Source: Sphagnum compactum (taxonomy: Eukaryota). Taken from it: DNA of 64,000 bases. The stretch spans positions 2,604,001 to 2,668,000 of the forward strand of contig OZ234494.1 of the NCBI GenBank assembly GCA_965153455.1, read 5' to 3'. The notes below the pieces were generated by a model, which saw nothing but the letters and a program-made list of their open reading frames with translations, ran no database searches and was not told the DNA's origin. Below, one piece after another: positions 12,106 to 25,789 of the stretch. A program made the translations under genes and the position numbers. Within the stretch, counting starts at the first letter, position 1, and each line of letters opens with the position of its first letter.

Positions 12106-13569
12106 CTTTGTTTTTTTTTCTTCTTCCTCTGGTTGTGTGTGTTGTGTTATGCAAGCCACAATATCTACCAAAGCCTCTAGTGTATGAAAACACATTTGTA
12201 AATTCTTTCACTCAGTGGAGAGAGAGAGAGAGACAGAGAGAGAGAGAGATTTGTGTCTTTTCAACCCTAAGCCTCTTAGGGTCACCTGCTCATTCAAATG
12301 CATGCAACTGGCCAAATAGAAGAACATCACGAAGTCTAGCAAATATCTACAAAGTTCGTAATGATGTACAAGAATTCTCTTCAAGTGCAGATTATGTCAG
12401 AAAATGGGCAACGGTCAAACCTGGCTTATATCCCACCCCTCTCTTGGCCGGGTCTGCCCCGGGAACGAACGCCAATTGCATGTTCTGGTAAACAAACACT
12501 GGAAACTAGTGTGTTTAGGGTTTCACCGGTTTAAGTTTCGGTTGGGCTCCCCACCCCCGGCATGGCCTACCTCATTCACAGGGCTTCTTAAACCGTAAAT
12601 AAAGTTGGGTTGTAACCGGATTATATTTTTATAATATAACCGCACATACTAAACACACACAGTTAACCAGTGTTGGGGGGCAGGTACCTACCTGCCTTTG
12701 GTGGGAAATTAAAGAACCAACTTGGTTCTGGTTCCAGTTGGTAAGAACTGGGTCCGAAAACATTGATCGGAACTGGAACTGAGACAAATTCTTAATTATT
12801 TTCATAACCGGAATCGGAACTGAGACAAATTCCAAATTATTTTCAGAACCGGGAACCAAACGGTTCTTCGTTAAAAAAAAAACCCCAAGAACCACCCAAC
12901 ACTGGAGCATACCCGACACTGCCATCCCGGCAAGTGCATTACACTTTTCGACCACATGCATGCTGACAGAGCTCCAGGCAAGTCCATGAGAATTTTATTT
13001 TTTTTATTATATTTTTATTTTTAATAAAAATTTAATATATGTATATATTTTTAAGAGAGGAAATCCTTGCATTCAAAACACAAAGGAAAAAAAAATACCC
13101 CCAAAAAAAAATTTTGAAAAAAAATTAATTCTTTTTTATAATTTTTTAAGAACACCACCACAAAAAAAATATCAAATTCTTTTTCATGTTTTTAGTAGAT
13201 AAGAACAAAATGAATGCACTTGGAGGTTTGAAAGAACCTTGAACCTTACGTCGTCACAAGTTACAACCTACCTTTGACATTGTCGTCGTCTATGTGGGGT
13301 TGTTACCAATAAATAAATAAGAAGATCGGGAACGACCGAGCAATACCAAGTCCACACAAGTTGTTTGTTGTCGATGTTCTCACAATCTCCTCCAATTCTC
13401 TCTCTCACTCTCTTTTTACACACATAGCTACAAATTTTGTCCAATAATAAGATAGATGGGGACCGACCGGCCAATACCGAGTCCACAAGTTGTTAATGTT
13501 CTCCGATTATTTATTTACACACATTGCTACAATTTTTTGTCGGCTTCCTTTCACGGGCACGTGTGTTTT

Positions 13570-13719
13570 GGGTAAGGATTATCCCTAGGCTACCAAAAAA
13601 ATTTATTTTTTTATTTTTAAAAAAATTATAGTATTACTCATCATGGGTAAGGATTATCCCTAGGCTACCAAATTTTTTATTTTTTTATTTTTTAAAAAAT
13701 TTATAGTATTACTCATCAT
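13570..13719. repeat. Tandem duplication of a unit of about 75 bp
   Basis: gggtaaggattatccctaggctaccaaa...ttatagtattactcatcat, two copies. Confidence 0.9.
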
Positions 13720-14596
13720 CACTTCAACCCTTGGATTCCCTTTGTGTTTGACATTTTCTCAGCTTGTTGTGTGGCTTTTTTGAGCTGGCTCTTTGAGACT
13801 TCCCAAAACCTGCTTGGGTGGGTGTTGTTGCCCACCCCCCACTCTCACTCACAATCTACTTTTATAGTATTCACCTCTTTTAGCACCCGAGCTTTTTGTG
13901 ATACACAACTACCAACCTAAAGATAGCACGCCCTAAAAACAAATTTTATGAAACACAAAAGCTTTTTTATAAAAAAAAATGAATAAAAAAATTACTTTGT
14001 AAAACCCTCTTTATGAAACCTTCCTTTCAATAGTAAAGTTTTCAGTCTTAATTTGAAAGAGGATGAGCTAACCCCTATTATTGCACATTTAAGAACGGGT
14101 TTTTAAATACTCTTCTAATGCACCCCAAAAAAAAAAATTTGCTGAAATTTGGTGTACAAGGTTTAGGGTTCCCTAAACCCTAGGATGCACCTATCCTATG
14201 TCTTCGGCCATGAAAACCAATTTTCAAAATGTGCAAATATGATATCTATGTGAAAATTTGTGATAATACAACTACTAATTGATATTTTTTTTAAGTATAC
14301 CATTTTTCATTTACCCCATGATTGCACACTTCGTTGGGACACCTAATCACACCGCCAAAACAAAAAAAAAAACCCTATTATATCTCACCTTGTCATGCAC
14401 ACCAAGACCCTACCATGGCAACTAATCTTGTACCCAAGTGCTATTGTGCAAGAAGGATAGGAAACACTAGTGTGAGATAGTAGGGTTGTTGCATGCAAAG
14501 GATAGGGAATGAATTGGTGTGCCATACATAATAGGGGAGTTTGCATTGATAAAAAGGTTTACAAGTTTTTACAATATTTTGAATACTCTAGTATTT

Positions 14597-14732
14597 TGGC
14601 CTTGCCATTTACATTAAAAATCCTCATATAAAAATAGACCTATTACTTACTACCTAGGGGCCAAAATCCCTTAGACTACTATACTCTATAATGAATCTAA
14701 ACACAATATCCTTGCCTTGGTAGGCAAGGCCA
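14597..14732. mobile_element. Small TIR element (MITE-like), short form of 19103-19399
   Basis: Ends are tggccttgcc ... ggcaaggcca. It shares both ends with 19103-19399 but lacks about 160 bp internally. Confidence 0.55.
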
Positions 14733-15278
14733 ATAAACTTCACTTTAAAGCAAGTATCAAGGACTTTATTTATTTGGGTGGCCCACCCACAAATTTGACA
14801 AGAAACCAAGGGGGAGAATTTTCCTTTCATGGTGGGGAAAATTTGTAGGAAAGCTTTTCCTTCCAGCAAACCTCCTTTGCTTGGTGGGACCTGGTGGTTG
14901 CATTCGCTTTGGATCCCATTGGGTTGCAACTGGAAACGCTCTAACGGTTATCTCTTTTCTTTTTAGAATCCAGCTCTCTTCATGACAAACACAGAAAGAA
15001 AGAGGAAAGTGAGAGAGAGAGAGAGAGAGAGTGTGTGTGAGAGAGAGAGAATCATACTTACCTACTACTACTACTGCACTTTGCCCTTTCAGCACCGACC
15101 CTATCCCCCTCTTTCTCTCTCTCTCTCTCTCTCTTTTGGAATGATTTCTTCCACCTCTTGTGGGCGCAACCAAAAGCAAGAGAAAAAGTTGCACACCAAA
15201 ATGAATGATGCGAATGATTCCCTTTCATATCAAGCGAGCCTCAAGTTCTTAATTTCCCCCTCATTCACAACAATGAGT

Positions 15279-15538
15279 CCCAAGGATTTGAAACCGTTTC
15301 TTGGGTAACCCTAAATATGACCCAAGGATTTCAAACGCTTCTTGGGAAACCCTAAAACGACCCAAGGATTTGAAAAAGTTTCTTGGGAAACCATAAATAG
15401 GACCCAAGGTTTTGAAAATGTTTCTTCGGAAACCCTAAATATGGCCCAAGGATCTGAAAAGCTTCTTGGGAAACCCTAAAATATGACCCATGGATTTGAT
15501 TTGAAACGGTTTCTTCGGAAACCCTAAATACAACCCAT
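15279..15538. repeat. About 41-bp minisatellite, 6 units, most carrying an AAACCCTAAA telo-box
   Basis: Unit cccaaggatttgaaa.....ttcttgggaaaccctaaatatga starts at about 15279, 15321, 15361, 15403, 15445 and 15487. Confidence 0.92.
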
Positions 15539-17607
15539 TGTTTGTTAGGATTTTGTGATAAGACTTGGTTTTTGCTACTTTCATGTTTTGGGGGTAACCT
15601 AATCCTTCTTGGTTCTAGAACACCTTAAGGACCTAGTGAATCTTTGCACAATTCACAAATGGGGTCTTCTCCCTCCCACATGAGTAAGCCAAGATCTTAC
15701 AAGCATACTCATGTTGAGTATAAGCCACATAAGTTGTGCTACTCTATGAGGCCTAGAGTTGTGCCATAGCCACTGTACCATGGTGACTTAACCTTCCTCA
15801 TCCACAACCCCTTGTCATGCCAGGCCTCTTATAAGGTCAGATGTGGGGTCTTTCCTTCTCACATGTAAGCAATAAACTCGTCTTCACGTTGTGTAACCCC
15901 ATATCTTGAGGCCTCTTATAAGGTTAGATGCGGGGTCTTTCCTTCTCACATGTAGCCAGTAACGTCTTCGTGCCACATAACCCCACATATTGAGACGCTG
16001 GCCCCATACATCTTGGTAATTTTGTATGATGAGCTCCATTGGGTATTTGTCAAACATCAAATTGATTTTGCTCCACTTGATAGCTTCTTTCTAGTGTTTG
16101 AAACTCCGAGAAAATTCAACAAAATAGTAGTAAAATTTTCCTTTCTAGCCTTTGAAAGTCAGAGACATTTTAACAAACTAGTAATTAAAAAATTTCCTTT
16201 TGAGAATCTGAAGCTTTGCAAAAATATAACAACTAGTAGGTAAAACTTCCCTTCTACACCCCATCCAAGAGTTGTGTACACCTCCAAGAAGGATGGAATT
16301 TTTTTCATCCAGTTAGAATTAAAATGCACCCTTGTTTAGAGTGACATTTCATTTCAAAAGTGATCTGATCTCTTATATATGTATATATATATGGCGGTTG
16401 GTGCCCTTTACTACTCCTTATAGTCAAATGAACAACCCACCCATGAAATAGAAAAACCAAAAAAATGACGGGTGTAGAGTCGACTACAACACCTAACTGG
16501 TGAGCACAAATCACCAGCTAACATTGTTGCAATAGGGTGGGCTATTTGATTGCAGCACAAAAAGAGTTTTGATTTGACCGACATCTTGTGCGACAACCCT
16601 AGTTTATTTATTTATTTATTTTCCCCGGACATGGCACATCATAAAAATGACTCCTCCCTTATCTCATCGTCATCATCTTTTCAACGCCCTTTTTTTCCAC
16701 CGTATAGAAGAAGAAGAGCCCTACAAACGACAACTAGGGTTCATATAAAACTTGGGTTCGCATAAAACTCTAATATCACTATTTGGAAATTCTCTTGAGT
16801 GTATAACTTCTTTCCTCAGAGCAACATCCAAAACTAAATCCATATATCCAGTTGTAAACTGATCTCCTTTCCCTCTTTTTTCTTTCTTCTTCTTTTTTTC
16901 TGGGGCCATCATGGCTTAGGGTTTCATATGGTCATCCTTTACCCCTTAGCTAATTATAGTAGCCTAGTAGTACATGATGGAAGAAATTATTATAACCCAA
17001 TGCACATTTTTTGACCATCAGTCAAGTTCAAAAATCAAACTCAAAAACCAGCTCATAGTCCATAGTCCTCAAGGGACTAGTTTAGAGAGAGAGAGAAAGA
17101 GGACAATTGCGTCGCAACACAGTGTACTAACATACATGTATATATATATATACATGTGAATGAAGGCTAAAGGGGAAGGATCATGGAATTAATGAAGAGG
17201 GTGAGATGGGTGGCAGTACCTCACTGTCTTTGTTGTTTTGGGTTACCTAATTTACACATGGTCTCATCATATTTTGTGGGGTCTTTGGCAGCTCTTTTTC
17301 AGTGTCTGTCGTACATAGTATATATAGGTCATGAAAGGGTGAAAAGATATGATCATCAGTCAGTTCAAGTCAGTCCGTCATATATGTAGTTGGCAGGCAA
17401 ACTTCGGTGTCATTCTTCTTCTGTCATGTTATGTATATGCTTTTCAGCCACACAGTGGGACATTGTCCCAAAGCTTTATTTGATGACGACGGATCTAGGA
17501 GCATGACAGACTAAATTTACAACTCAGTTAAAAATTCTCCAGAGTTGCACATGGATGGTCAAAGAGATATAAACTCTCTTGGCTCAACTTACATTATTCG
17601 GTCAAAG

Positions 17608-17815
17608 AAAGAGCTCAACTCAAGCTCCACATAAGGTTATCAAAAGAGCTACTAAGAAGCTCAACTCAAGCTCCACATAGCATTATCAAAGAGCTAATAA
17701 CTCAAATCTTGCACATGAGCTTTGGGTGCTTGTGGGTTTTGATTTGCAGGGTTTGTTTTGTTTTGGGTGCTTGGTGGGTTTTGATTTGCAGTCTTGTTTT
17801 GTTTTGGGTGCTTGT
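17608..17815. repeat. Two adjacent short tandem duplications
   Basis: agctcaactcaagctccacata..ttatcaaa occurs twice, then tttgggtgctt.gtgggttttgatttgcag occurs twice plus a partial copy. Confidence 0.8.
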
Positions 17816-19102
17816 TGTTATTCGTGTGCTGTGTTGTTTTTTTCTCATTATGATTGGCACTGGACAACAAGCAGTATGGTAATCTGTACAAAAATGTACA
17901 GTCAACTTCAGCTTGAATTTACTCAATTATCAGTCAGTGTATAAAGGTGAAAAGCAAGGAAGGAAGGAAGGAATAATAATGTAAATATTGTTAAGGGGTT
18001 TTCTTTTGGGGACAAAAGTGGTGATGATGGATGTCATCTTAAATCAAAGGGCATCAACATATCCAGGCCATCATGATGAAAGGTAGACAGACTTGATTGA
18101 TTGATTGATTGTTTGTTTGTTTGATTGATTGATTAAATTCATGGATGTATGACTACTTTGTAAGACCATTTCTAGTACTTTCTAAGTACACCCATCATGT
18201 TTTATCATGAAAAATGACTGTTGTATTTCCTGGGTTGAACACTGAGCTCCTCCTTTGCATCGGTAGGCTACTAGTAGTCCTGCTACAATTGAAGCCTTTG
18301 AAGCCTTTGTTTCAACCTTGAGTAGACAGACAATCGAGCCTACGGAAAAGGATTTGAAAAAACCTGAGATCTAGTCTGGTATCTAGTTCATCACTTTTTG
18401 GTTCATGACATTCATGTAAAACTATACAACCTTGTTGTTGCAGACTTGCATTGTCAGGTTTGCATGGTCTCTCATCAATCTGACCTGATGAAAACAATGA
18501 AGCAAAATTTGATTTAGAGCAGAGGGTTGTATTATTATTACTATTCTGGGTCTCCTACAATCCCTCCACACTTTAACACCCCCCCCCCTCCCTTTCTGCA
18601 TTGCTGCATGCAAAATCCACTATAAATTTTTTGCACAGTGAAAGTGTCAGTCAGTAGTTCGTGTGTAGCTCCTTGTGCACTATTTGTTCCTCTGCAATCT
18701 TGTGTAGTAGTAGGTATCCAAGTTTCTGCCAGCATGCCTTAAGCTTCAAGTTGCCTCAAATTAGGGTTTTCTGCAAGCAGTGCTTAGATCAAACTTGAGG
18801 TAGCTTTTCTACCTCTTTGGATATGACATGTTTGGGAAACAGGAAATTCTTTGTATTACCAAAGTGGCGTAGTATATTGGGTCGTGTGAGACACTCAAGC
18901 TCAAAATGTCATATATTATGGAGATTTTTACAAAATAGTTCTTCAATGGCATAAATGACGGTGTGAGGCAACTGTTGACACAAGTGATAGACACATGGGC
19001 TGCTTGTTTGGAGAGAAATTCACAAGCGCTTAATTGGAGAGAAGGAATGAAGGCTTTTGGAAACAAAAAGAAACCCGAACAAGGCGTGTGTGACAGACAC
19101 TG

Positions 19103-19399
19103 TGGCCTTGCCATTTACATTAAAAAGTATTTTAAGGCAAAAGAAGAATTATGGAAACTCAAATATTTCACCGTGCAAAAATATAATCTTCAAAAAATCC
19201 TCTAAAAGAAACCAAAATCCATCAAAATATCATAACTCTATAAGTAATCTCAAGTTTCAACACAAGCCAAAATATCATCTTTCAAAAATCCTCATAGAAA
19301 AATAGACCTATCATTACCTAGGGGCCAAAATCCTTTAAGCTACTATACTCTATAATGAATCTAAACACAATATCCTTCTTGCCTTGGTAGGCAAGGCCA
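19103..19399. mobile_element. Small TIR element (MITE-like), long form
   Basis: tggccttgccatttacattaaaaa ... aaaatcctcata.aaaaatagacct...ccttggtaggcaaggcca, homologous to 14597-14732. Confidence 0.55.
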
Positions 19400-21101
19400 A
19401 TAAACACATATTCTCCAAATTCATATTGACAATCCATGTTCCTCAACTATCCCCAACAAAATCCTACTCAACTATGCTTAACATGCTTATAACAAGTTAT
19501 AACATGCTTTGCATCCCTTTTGTCATTTTTTTTACCCTAAGCAATATGACCATTTGAGGTTTTCTATGCATGGTCATACAATCATGTGGCTCAGCAATAT
19601 GATGGGGATAGTTTTTTTGAAATAAAAAGTTTGGTCGCATGAAAATCGATCACATTGTTTGAGTTCATAGTATATTGAGTTTTGTAATATTTAGATTAAA
19701 GTCTAAATATCTTAGAAGTTGGTCGAAGGTTTATTATGTCACAAGGAGGTGTAGAACTTAATAATACGGTGGTGTATCAAGCAAGATACCCATTGTATGT
19801 GGGTGTGAATGAACAAGAGATTGCTTGGAAGGTTTTAGTGCATGTGTCTCTCTCTAAGTGACTAGGCAAGCTCATTAGTTTAAATGGGGGAGAGGATTTG
19901 CATAGAAAGACCCTACACTTTTTGAAACGGCCCGCCTTGGTTTTTCCTCTCTTTTTTGTTCAGATACCCGGAGGTTATCACAAGAGGAAGGGAAAAAATT
20001 TCTGTCAAGTTATTATTGTCATTGTTGGGCAGGTTTGTTCCTCTTTTTTTTTAGAACCCGCTACTACAGATAACTGTGATTTCTCAACCCTCGGGTATGT
20101 GCTCCCGTGCCTGGTGAGGGTTTCTATGTAGGAAAAACAAAAAATTAACCAGTTTTTGCTACAAATTTTAACCTTGGCTTCTCAAATGTTTGGAAATTTT
20201 CAAAAGCCCAACCGCTCTAACCGTCTTCGCTTCTTTGTCAGTTCTTTCATGAAAACCACCAGTTCTTTCATGTTTCCCAAAAAAAAACCCTAACCGGAGA
20301 GTGATTCTCTAAATCTGATTTTATTTTTATTTTTTTCGCCTCAAAAAAAACAACCAAAGGAAGCAGTATTGGTCCTTTGATTTCAAAAAAATTAAAGAAA
20401 CCAGAACCACCATTGGTTAATTTTAATTTTTTTTCTTTTCTAAAAAATCAAAGAACCACACGAAACAACAACACGCACGGATGGGTCGGTCGGTCCACCC
20501 TCATGATGAGTAGTATTTTGCCAGAGTAGGTACTGAAGTGTTCATTCATTCATATCCGGTGCTTCTAGTCCTCATGACTACTACATACTAGTGTGCCCCT
20601 AAAATTGAACTTGAACTTGCTGGGTGGCAACAAGCCATTTATAAACTTAAAATGGACCAATGTAGTTGAAATGTAATCAAATCAAACAGTAGTCGCAATA
20701 TGTGGGGTGAAAAAGGACAAGATTTCTTCTTGTCAAGGTTTTTCATGGGCTATGGTGTAATTGATTCCTTAAACTATACATATGCGGGTATGAACTATGA
20801 GCTTCAGTTACTTTGGGCTGGTAGCTATCAGTACCCAAATGGGCCTAATAATAAAGCAAGAGAGAAGAAGAGCAATTGAAGGAAGCAGACATGAGAGAGA
20901 GAGAGACACACACACACACGCACACACACAGACGTGCGGGGAATCTTCTTCCTTCCAATGGGTGGTACTACTACTCCTAGCCTGCCACAGTCGTCGTCCC
21001 GTGCGACTGTTTAAATCCGACTACTAGTGAGTGCACCTGCCCAACGCCCAACTGCTGGCCTGCCTTGTCAGAAACGGCTCCTTCTTCATCAGGCACTGCG
21101 C

Positions 21102-21570
21102 TCTATAACGCTACCACACAAGGACTAGTTAGAGTAAGTCGTGGTAGTAGCCTACTAGTAGTTGTAGTAGTAGTATTTAATAGTAGTAGTAGTGGTGGTT
21201 TTGGATTGAGATAGATGCTTTTGCTGCAATGTGATCTTGAGATTGAGATTCTACTACTAAATTGCATAGCTATTATGTCTATAACGCTACCACCACAAGG
21301 ACTAGATAGAGTAGTAGTAGTAGTGTTTGTTAGTTTTGGATTTGAGATAGATGCTTTTGCTGCAATGTGATTTTGAGATTGAGATTGAGATTCTACTAAG
21401 GAGTTGCATAGCTGTTATGTCTATAACGCTACCACCACAAGGACTAGATAGAATAGTCATGGTACTAGGCTAGTCGTAGTGGCAGTTTTTTGGATTGAGA
21501 TAGATGCTTTTGCTGCAATGTGATTTTGGAGATTGAGATTCAACTTATGAGTTGCATTACCCTACTATGT
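21102..21570. repeat. Tandem triplication of a 140-175 bp unit
   Basis: ctataacgctaccac..caaggactag ... ttttggattgagatagatgcttttgctgcaatgtgat..tgagattgagattc ... ttgcat starts at about 21103, 21279 and 21421, with variable (TAG)n spacers. Confidence 0.9.
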
Positions 21571-24500
21571 CTTTTTGACTGACCCAAGGACGACATAATT
21601 TGGAGTTCACGGACTTGGGTCAATCACTCAACTACTTTGTACTCCCAGCAGCATTCAAGCTCTTCATGTTTGGGTTTCTTTTTTGGTATGGAAGAGACAG
21701 ACAGCTACTGCTGCTACTCCCAAGTGTAGAGTTTCCCTTGGTGAAGAAGCGCCTGCAAAGCTTCTCCTTTTTTTGCCACCCAATAGTATATATATTATTG
21801 TAGCAATTTAAAGAAACATTCATCAACTTTTACTTATCTATCAAATTTTTTCTCTTCTTTTTTTTCCCAATTTTTTGATGTAGCCAAACTAGCAATTGTC
21901 CACAAGAAAGATTTAGCCAAATTTGGCTATAGACCCACTTTTCTTCTACATTCTAGAACCTCATAGAAAAATCTGGCAATTTTTCCAAAAACAATTGTTG
22001 AAATTTGGCTAACCAGAAAACCAAAAAAAACATTGTTTTAGCTATTTTGATAATAAATTTAGCCAACTAACTAAATTTAGCCAGGAAAAAAATGATGATC
22101 CTAGTTGCATGGATCTTTTCATTGAAAAAATCTTGAGCTTTACTCTTTACATTGAGCTCTTGTTTGGTCATCATCATCCGCTCTCAAGCTTTGTTAAACA
22201 CTCTATCAATCCTAAATTGCTCTACAACATGGACAACATTATTGTACCCCTCCCAAATATTCCATGTTAAGGTGGAGGAACACAAAATCCCCCAAAAGCC
22301 AAAATGACTATCACTAAGGTAGACGCACCAAAATTTGCTAAAATGAGCATAGCAATTAAATTAGACTTCAAACTTTCTAATATACACTCACTCTTTCCTT
22401 CAAAACAAAACAATTTGAAACTCAAAACAATTTTAAAATCTTTCTTTCAATTTAGTTATGAATTTGTGAAGAATTGTGTTAGGAGCTTTTTCCTATTGTT
22501 AATCATCTCCCCATATGAATCACGGATATAGTAGTTCAAATCTTCAAAAGAGGGCTTTTAAAATGGCCAAACAAAGATCTTAATATCGAGGTCACATGTA
22601 CCCAAAGTGAGATCTTAAATGGGTTGGATTTGAAAGGCATGTCAAGGCAAAAAAAAAAAGGGGGAGCCTAATTTGAGGTTAACTAGCTATAAGTACCAGT
22701 TACCAAGGCATCTTAAAGGAATGGATTGTAATTTTAAACCACAACCTCAAACCATATTATGTTGCTTTTAAAATAACCTTAAATTGATAAGTATTACAAT
22801 CATGCATCCCAAACAAATTGAATACTTATAAGGATCTATAATAGGGCTTGGTTCAAGGTCCCTCATGATGTTGGGTGCTTCCCACACGAAATTACTTCCA
22901 TTTTTTTTCAAATGTCATGCAAAAAAACATAAAGTGCAACTTATTGAAAACAAGTCAGTTTTATAATTTAATTATATAAATAGGGTGCTTGAAATTATAT
23001 TATGAAAATATATTTAAAATATTCTTTAAATCTTTTCAAATTCAATAAAATATCTTTTGTTGTTTCATAACATACCAAAAATTACCTCTATTTTTCATGT
23101 GTTCCATAAAATATACAATAAATAATTTCCCTTAGGGTGTTTGTACCTTATGCAAGTAACCAAAAAACTCAAAGTCCCAAGTTCAAACTCCTCCAACATA
23201 TTCTCATATTCATTCATCTTGTAAAAGAAAATTATTTCCACCTCACTTCAAATCAATTGTTCACAAGCATTTTACATAACATAAAAGATACATGGGTGAA
23301 TGTATGCTCAAAAAAGGCCATGGAATGTGTGATCATTATCTAAATTTTCATGTTTTTTTAATGATAAATCAAGTTTAGGTTCAAAATCCTTGGTGTACTT
23401 ATGTAATAATGTTTATAATATATTGTGGAAACATCTAGATAAGTTTGAAATGAATGTAATGAAGGTATAGCACCCAAAAACATTTCGAAATAAGGTCCAA
23501 GCATGATTGGGGTATCCCATTTGAAACCTATTGACTCACTCGTAGGATTCCCAAATTCATCTTTTTATTCATAAAACCTATGACTTGTTTTAGATTTCTC
23601 TTTTTTCTCTCGTATCAAATGAAATAAATTTGGTCTGAATTTTATATAGGCCTTTAGAATTTTTATTTTTTTCACATATGTAAATTAAAATAGTAAAATT
23701 TATCCAATGTGAGCCATATTCTATCAATGGCCCAAATTTTCAAAAAAATCATTTTTTTGAAACTTTGTACATTAGAATAGGGCACTTGGTTCTTGTCACA
23801 TTTGAACATTTTATTTACATTGACACCTAAGGTGTTTGTGGTAAGAATCTCAAAGCAAAAAAATTTGTCAAAACATTCTTTAGGGGTCCTTGAACTTTTT
23901 TTTTCAAATGACACAAAGTTTTAGAAAGTTTTCCATGGCTTGTTAGGAATCCTTAAACTTGTTCAAATTTGAAGTGTTATGCATAAAATGATATCTTAAT
24001 AATGTATGTATCTATGAAGAAAAACAAACTTTCAATATGAATGTGCTATTAAGTTTCAACAACATGTTCAAATGATGGGGTTCACAAGATATGTAATGAA
24101 ATAGTGTTTTTTGGCACCCCAACCATGCTTTGACCCAATAGTGAAACCATTGTTTTTGCTATTCAATGGATTCCTTAAATGATTTAAAATGATTTGAAGG
24201 GGACATATTTATGGGAGACTTCTTCATTAAATATTAACATGATAGTATAGTGCAACATCTTATATGATTAGAAAAAAAATCAACTCATAAATCACATTTC
24301 TAAAACTATTTCATTTGAATAATCAATCTAGTGTTTTCATGTCATATAGACTAACTAACCCATTACTTGTAAGCATTACACAAAAAAGTTGGCAATGGCC
24401 CTTTTGAACATAAATTCATCACAACACATGTAACAAGACTAGTAACAAATTTTCAAGCCATAAAAAAAATAACAAAAACATCGAAAAGTTTCACAAACAA

Positions 24501-25789
24501 GGACAAACAAGGTTGAACAAGAACAGATCCCCTTAGTTTTGCCCATCAACACAAGGACCTATGACCTTCACTCATAATGGTTCACCTTCAACAATTCACT
24601 TCATTTTTCCTTTTTTTGCTTCCTTTTGAAGTCACTATAAACAAATTCCACACAAAGCATTGTAGTGAAAACATGGATTTACAATGTAATTTTTGCATTA
24701 TCATGCAAAGGCAAAAGGATTATAAAGTGGTGGCAAGGTTTCCAAAGATTAAAGAAAAAAAGGGAGGTTTTGTAAATAGAGTTGTTTGAGAGATGGTTAA
24801 AGCTTCAACATGTAACAATTCCCACCATTTTTTGTAGGTTACATGTTGGGGTTTTCATATGAATGTCTAGAGGTCTAAGAACAAGATCTAAAACATAAGA
24901 TGGAGGGAATGTAAACAAACAATGGAACAATGTTACTTTCACCTACTTGCTTAATGTATATGAAAAGAAGTACTAGGAGTGTGAAAGAGGAACAATTTTT
25001 TGAGTGAAACATTAGATTTTTTTAACAATGCTTTGAATGCCAACTTTCCTTAGCAAGCACAACACACTTAAAGAACAATTTCAAAACAATTTCTTCAAGT
25101 TGAAGAAGAGGTATAAAAGAAGAAGAAAATGTGTTAGGTAATTGGTGTTATTTTATCTAATTGGCCTCAGTATTAAAGATTTGATCACCTTTTTGGAAGT
25201 ACAACAAAGATTGATGGTTTGACTCAAGGAATTGATCAAGGTATGAACACACATAAGTTCTCAATTTGAGTGATGATTCAAATGTTGTGTTTAAAACTCA
25301 AGCCCCCCCTAGATCTCCAAATAGAAAGACTCTAGTATTTGGTGCTAGCAATGTTCCTCCATCTAGAAATACTCCACATACTCAAACTTGCAAATTGCCT
25401 AGAGTTGAATGGAAACCCAACAAAATACTGGAAAAGAAAAATATGAAGTTGGATGCAATAGCCATTGCAATTTTTAAAATTTTCAAAACTACAAAAGAAA
25501 TGAAAGGACGAAGTTGGAGCTATAGGAAAGAATGTTACCACATAAATGCTCCATAGTGAACAATTTAGTATGTAGGTTACAATTGAAAATCAACTACAAA
25601 TGGCTTGAATCTTTACAAATGTTCTAAAACTTAAAAACCCAATTGATAATAACTAATTTTTTATTCACAACTAGAATAGCTTTGGATTTTGAATCATTTT
25701 GAATTGACTTGGATTTGGTGTTTTACGATCTTTTCATGATAATAAGAAAAATTATTGCAAGCTTATGAAATTGGATGTTCAAGCACCCA

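Noticed and set aside
15279..15538. CRISPR-like palindromic repeats
   Set aside because: There are no unique spacers and no cas genes, and the context is eukaryotic. It is a plain tandem minisatellite.
15543..16010. Possible solo LTR (TG...CA, internal duplication)
   Set aside because: The flanks ttgtt and tcttg give no TSD, so the ends are unsupported.
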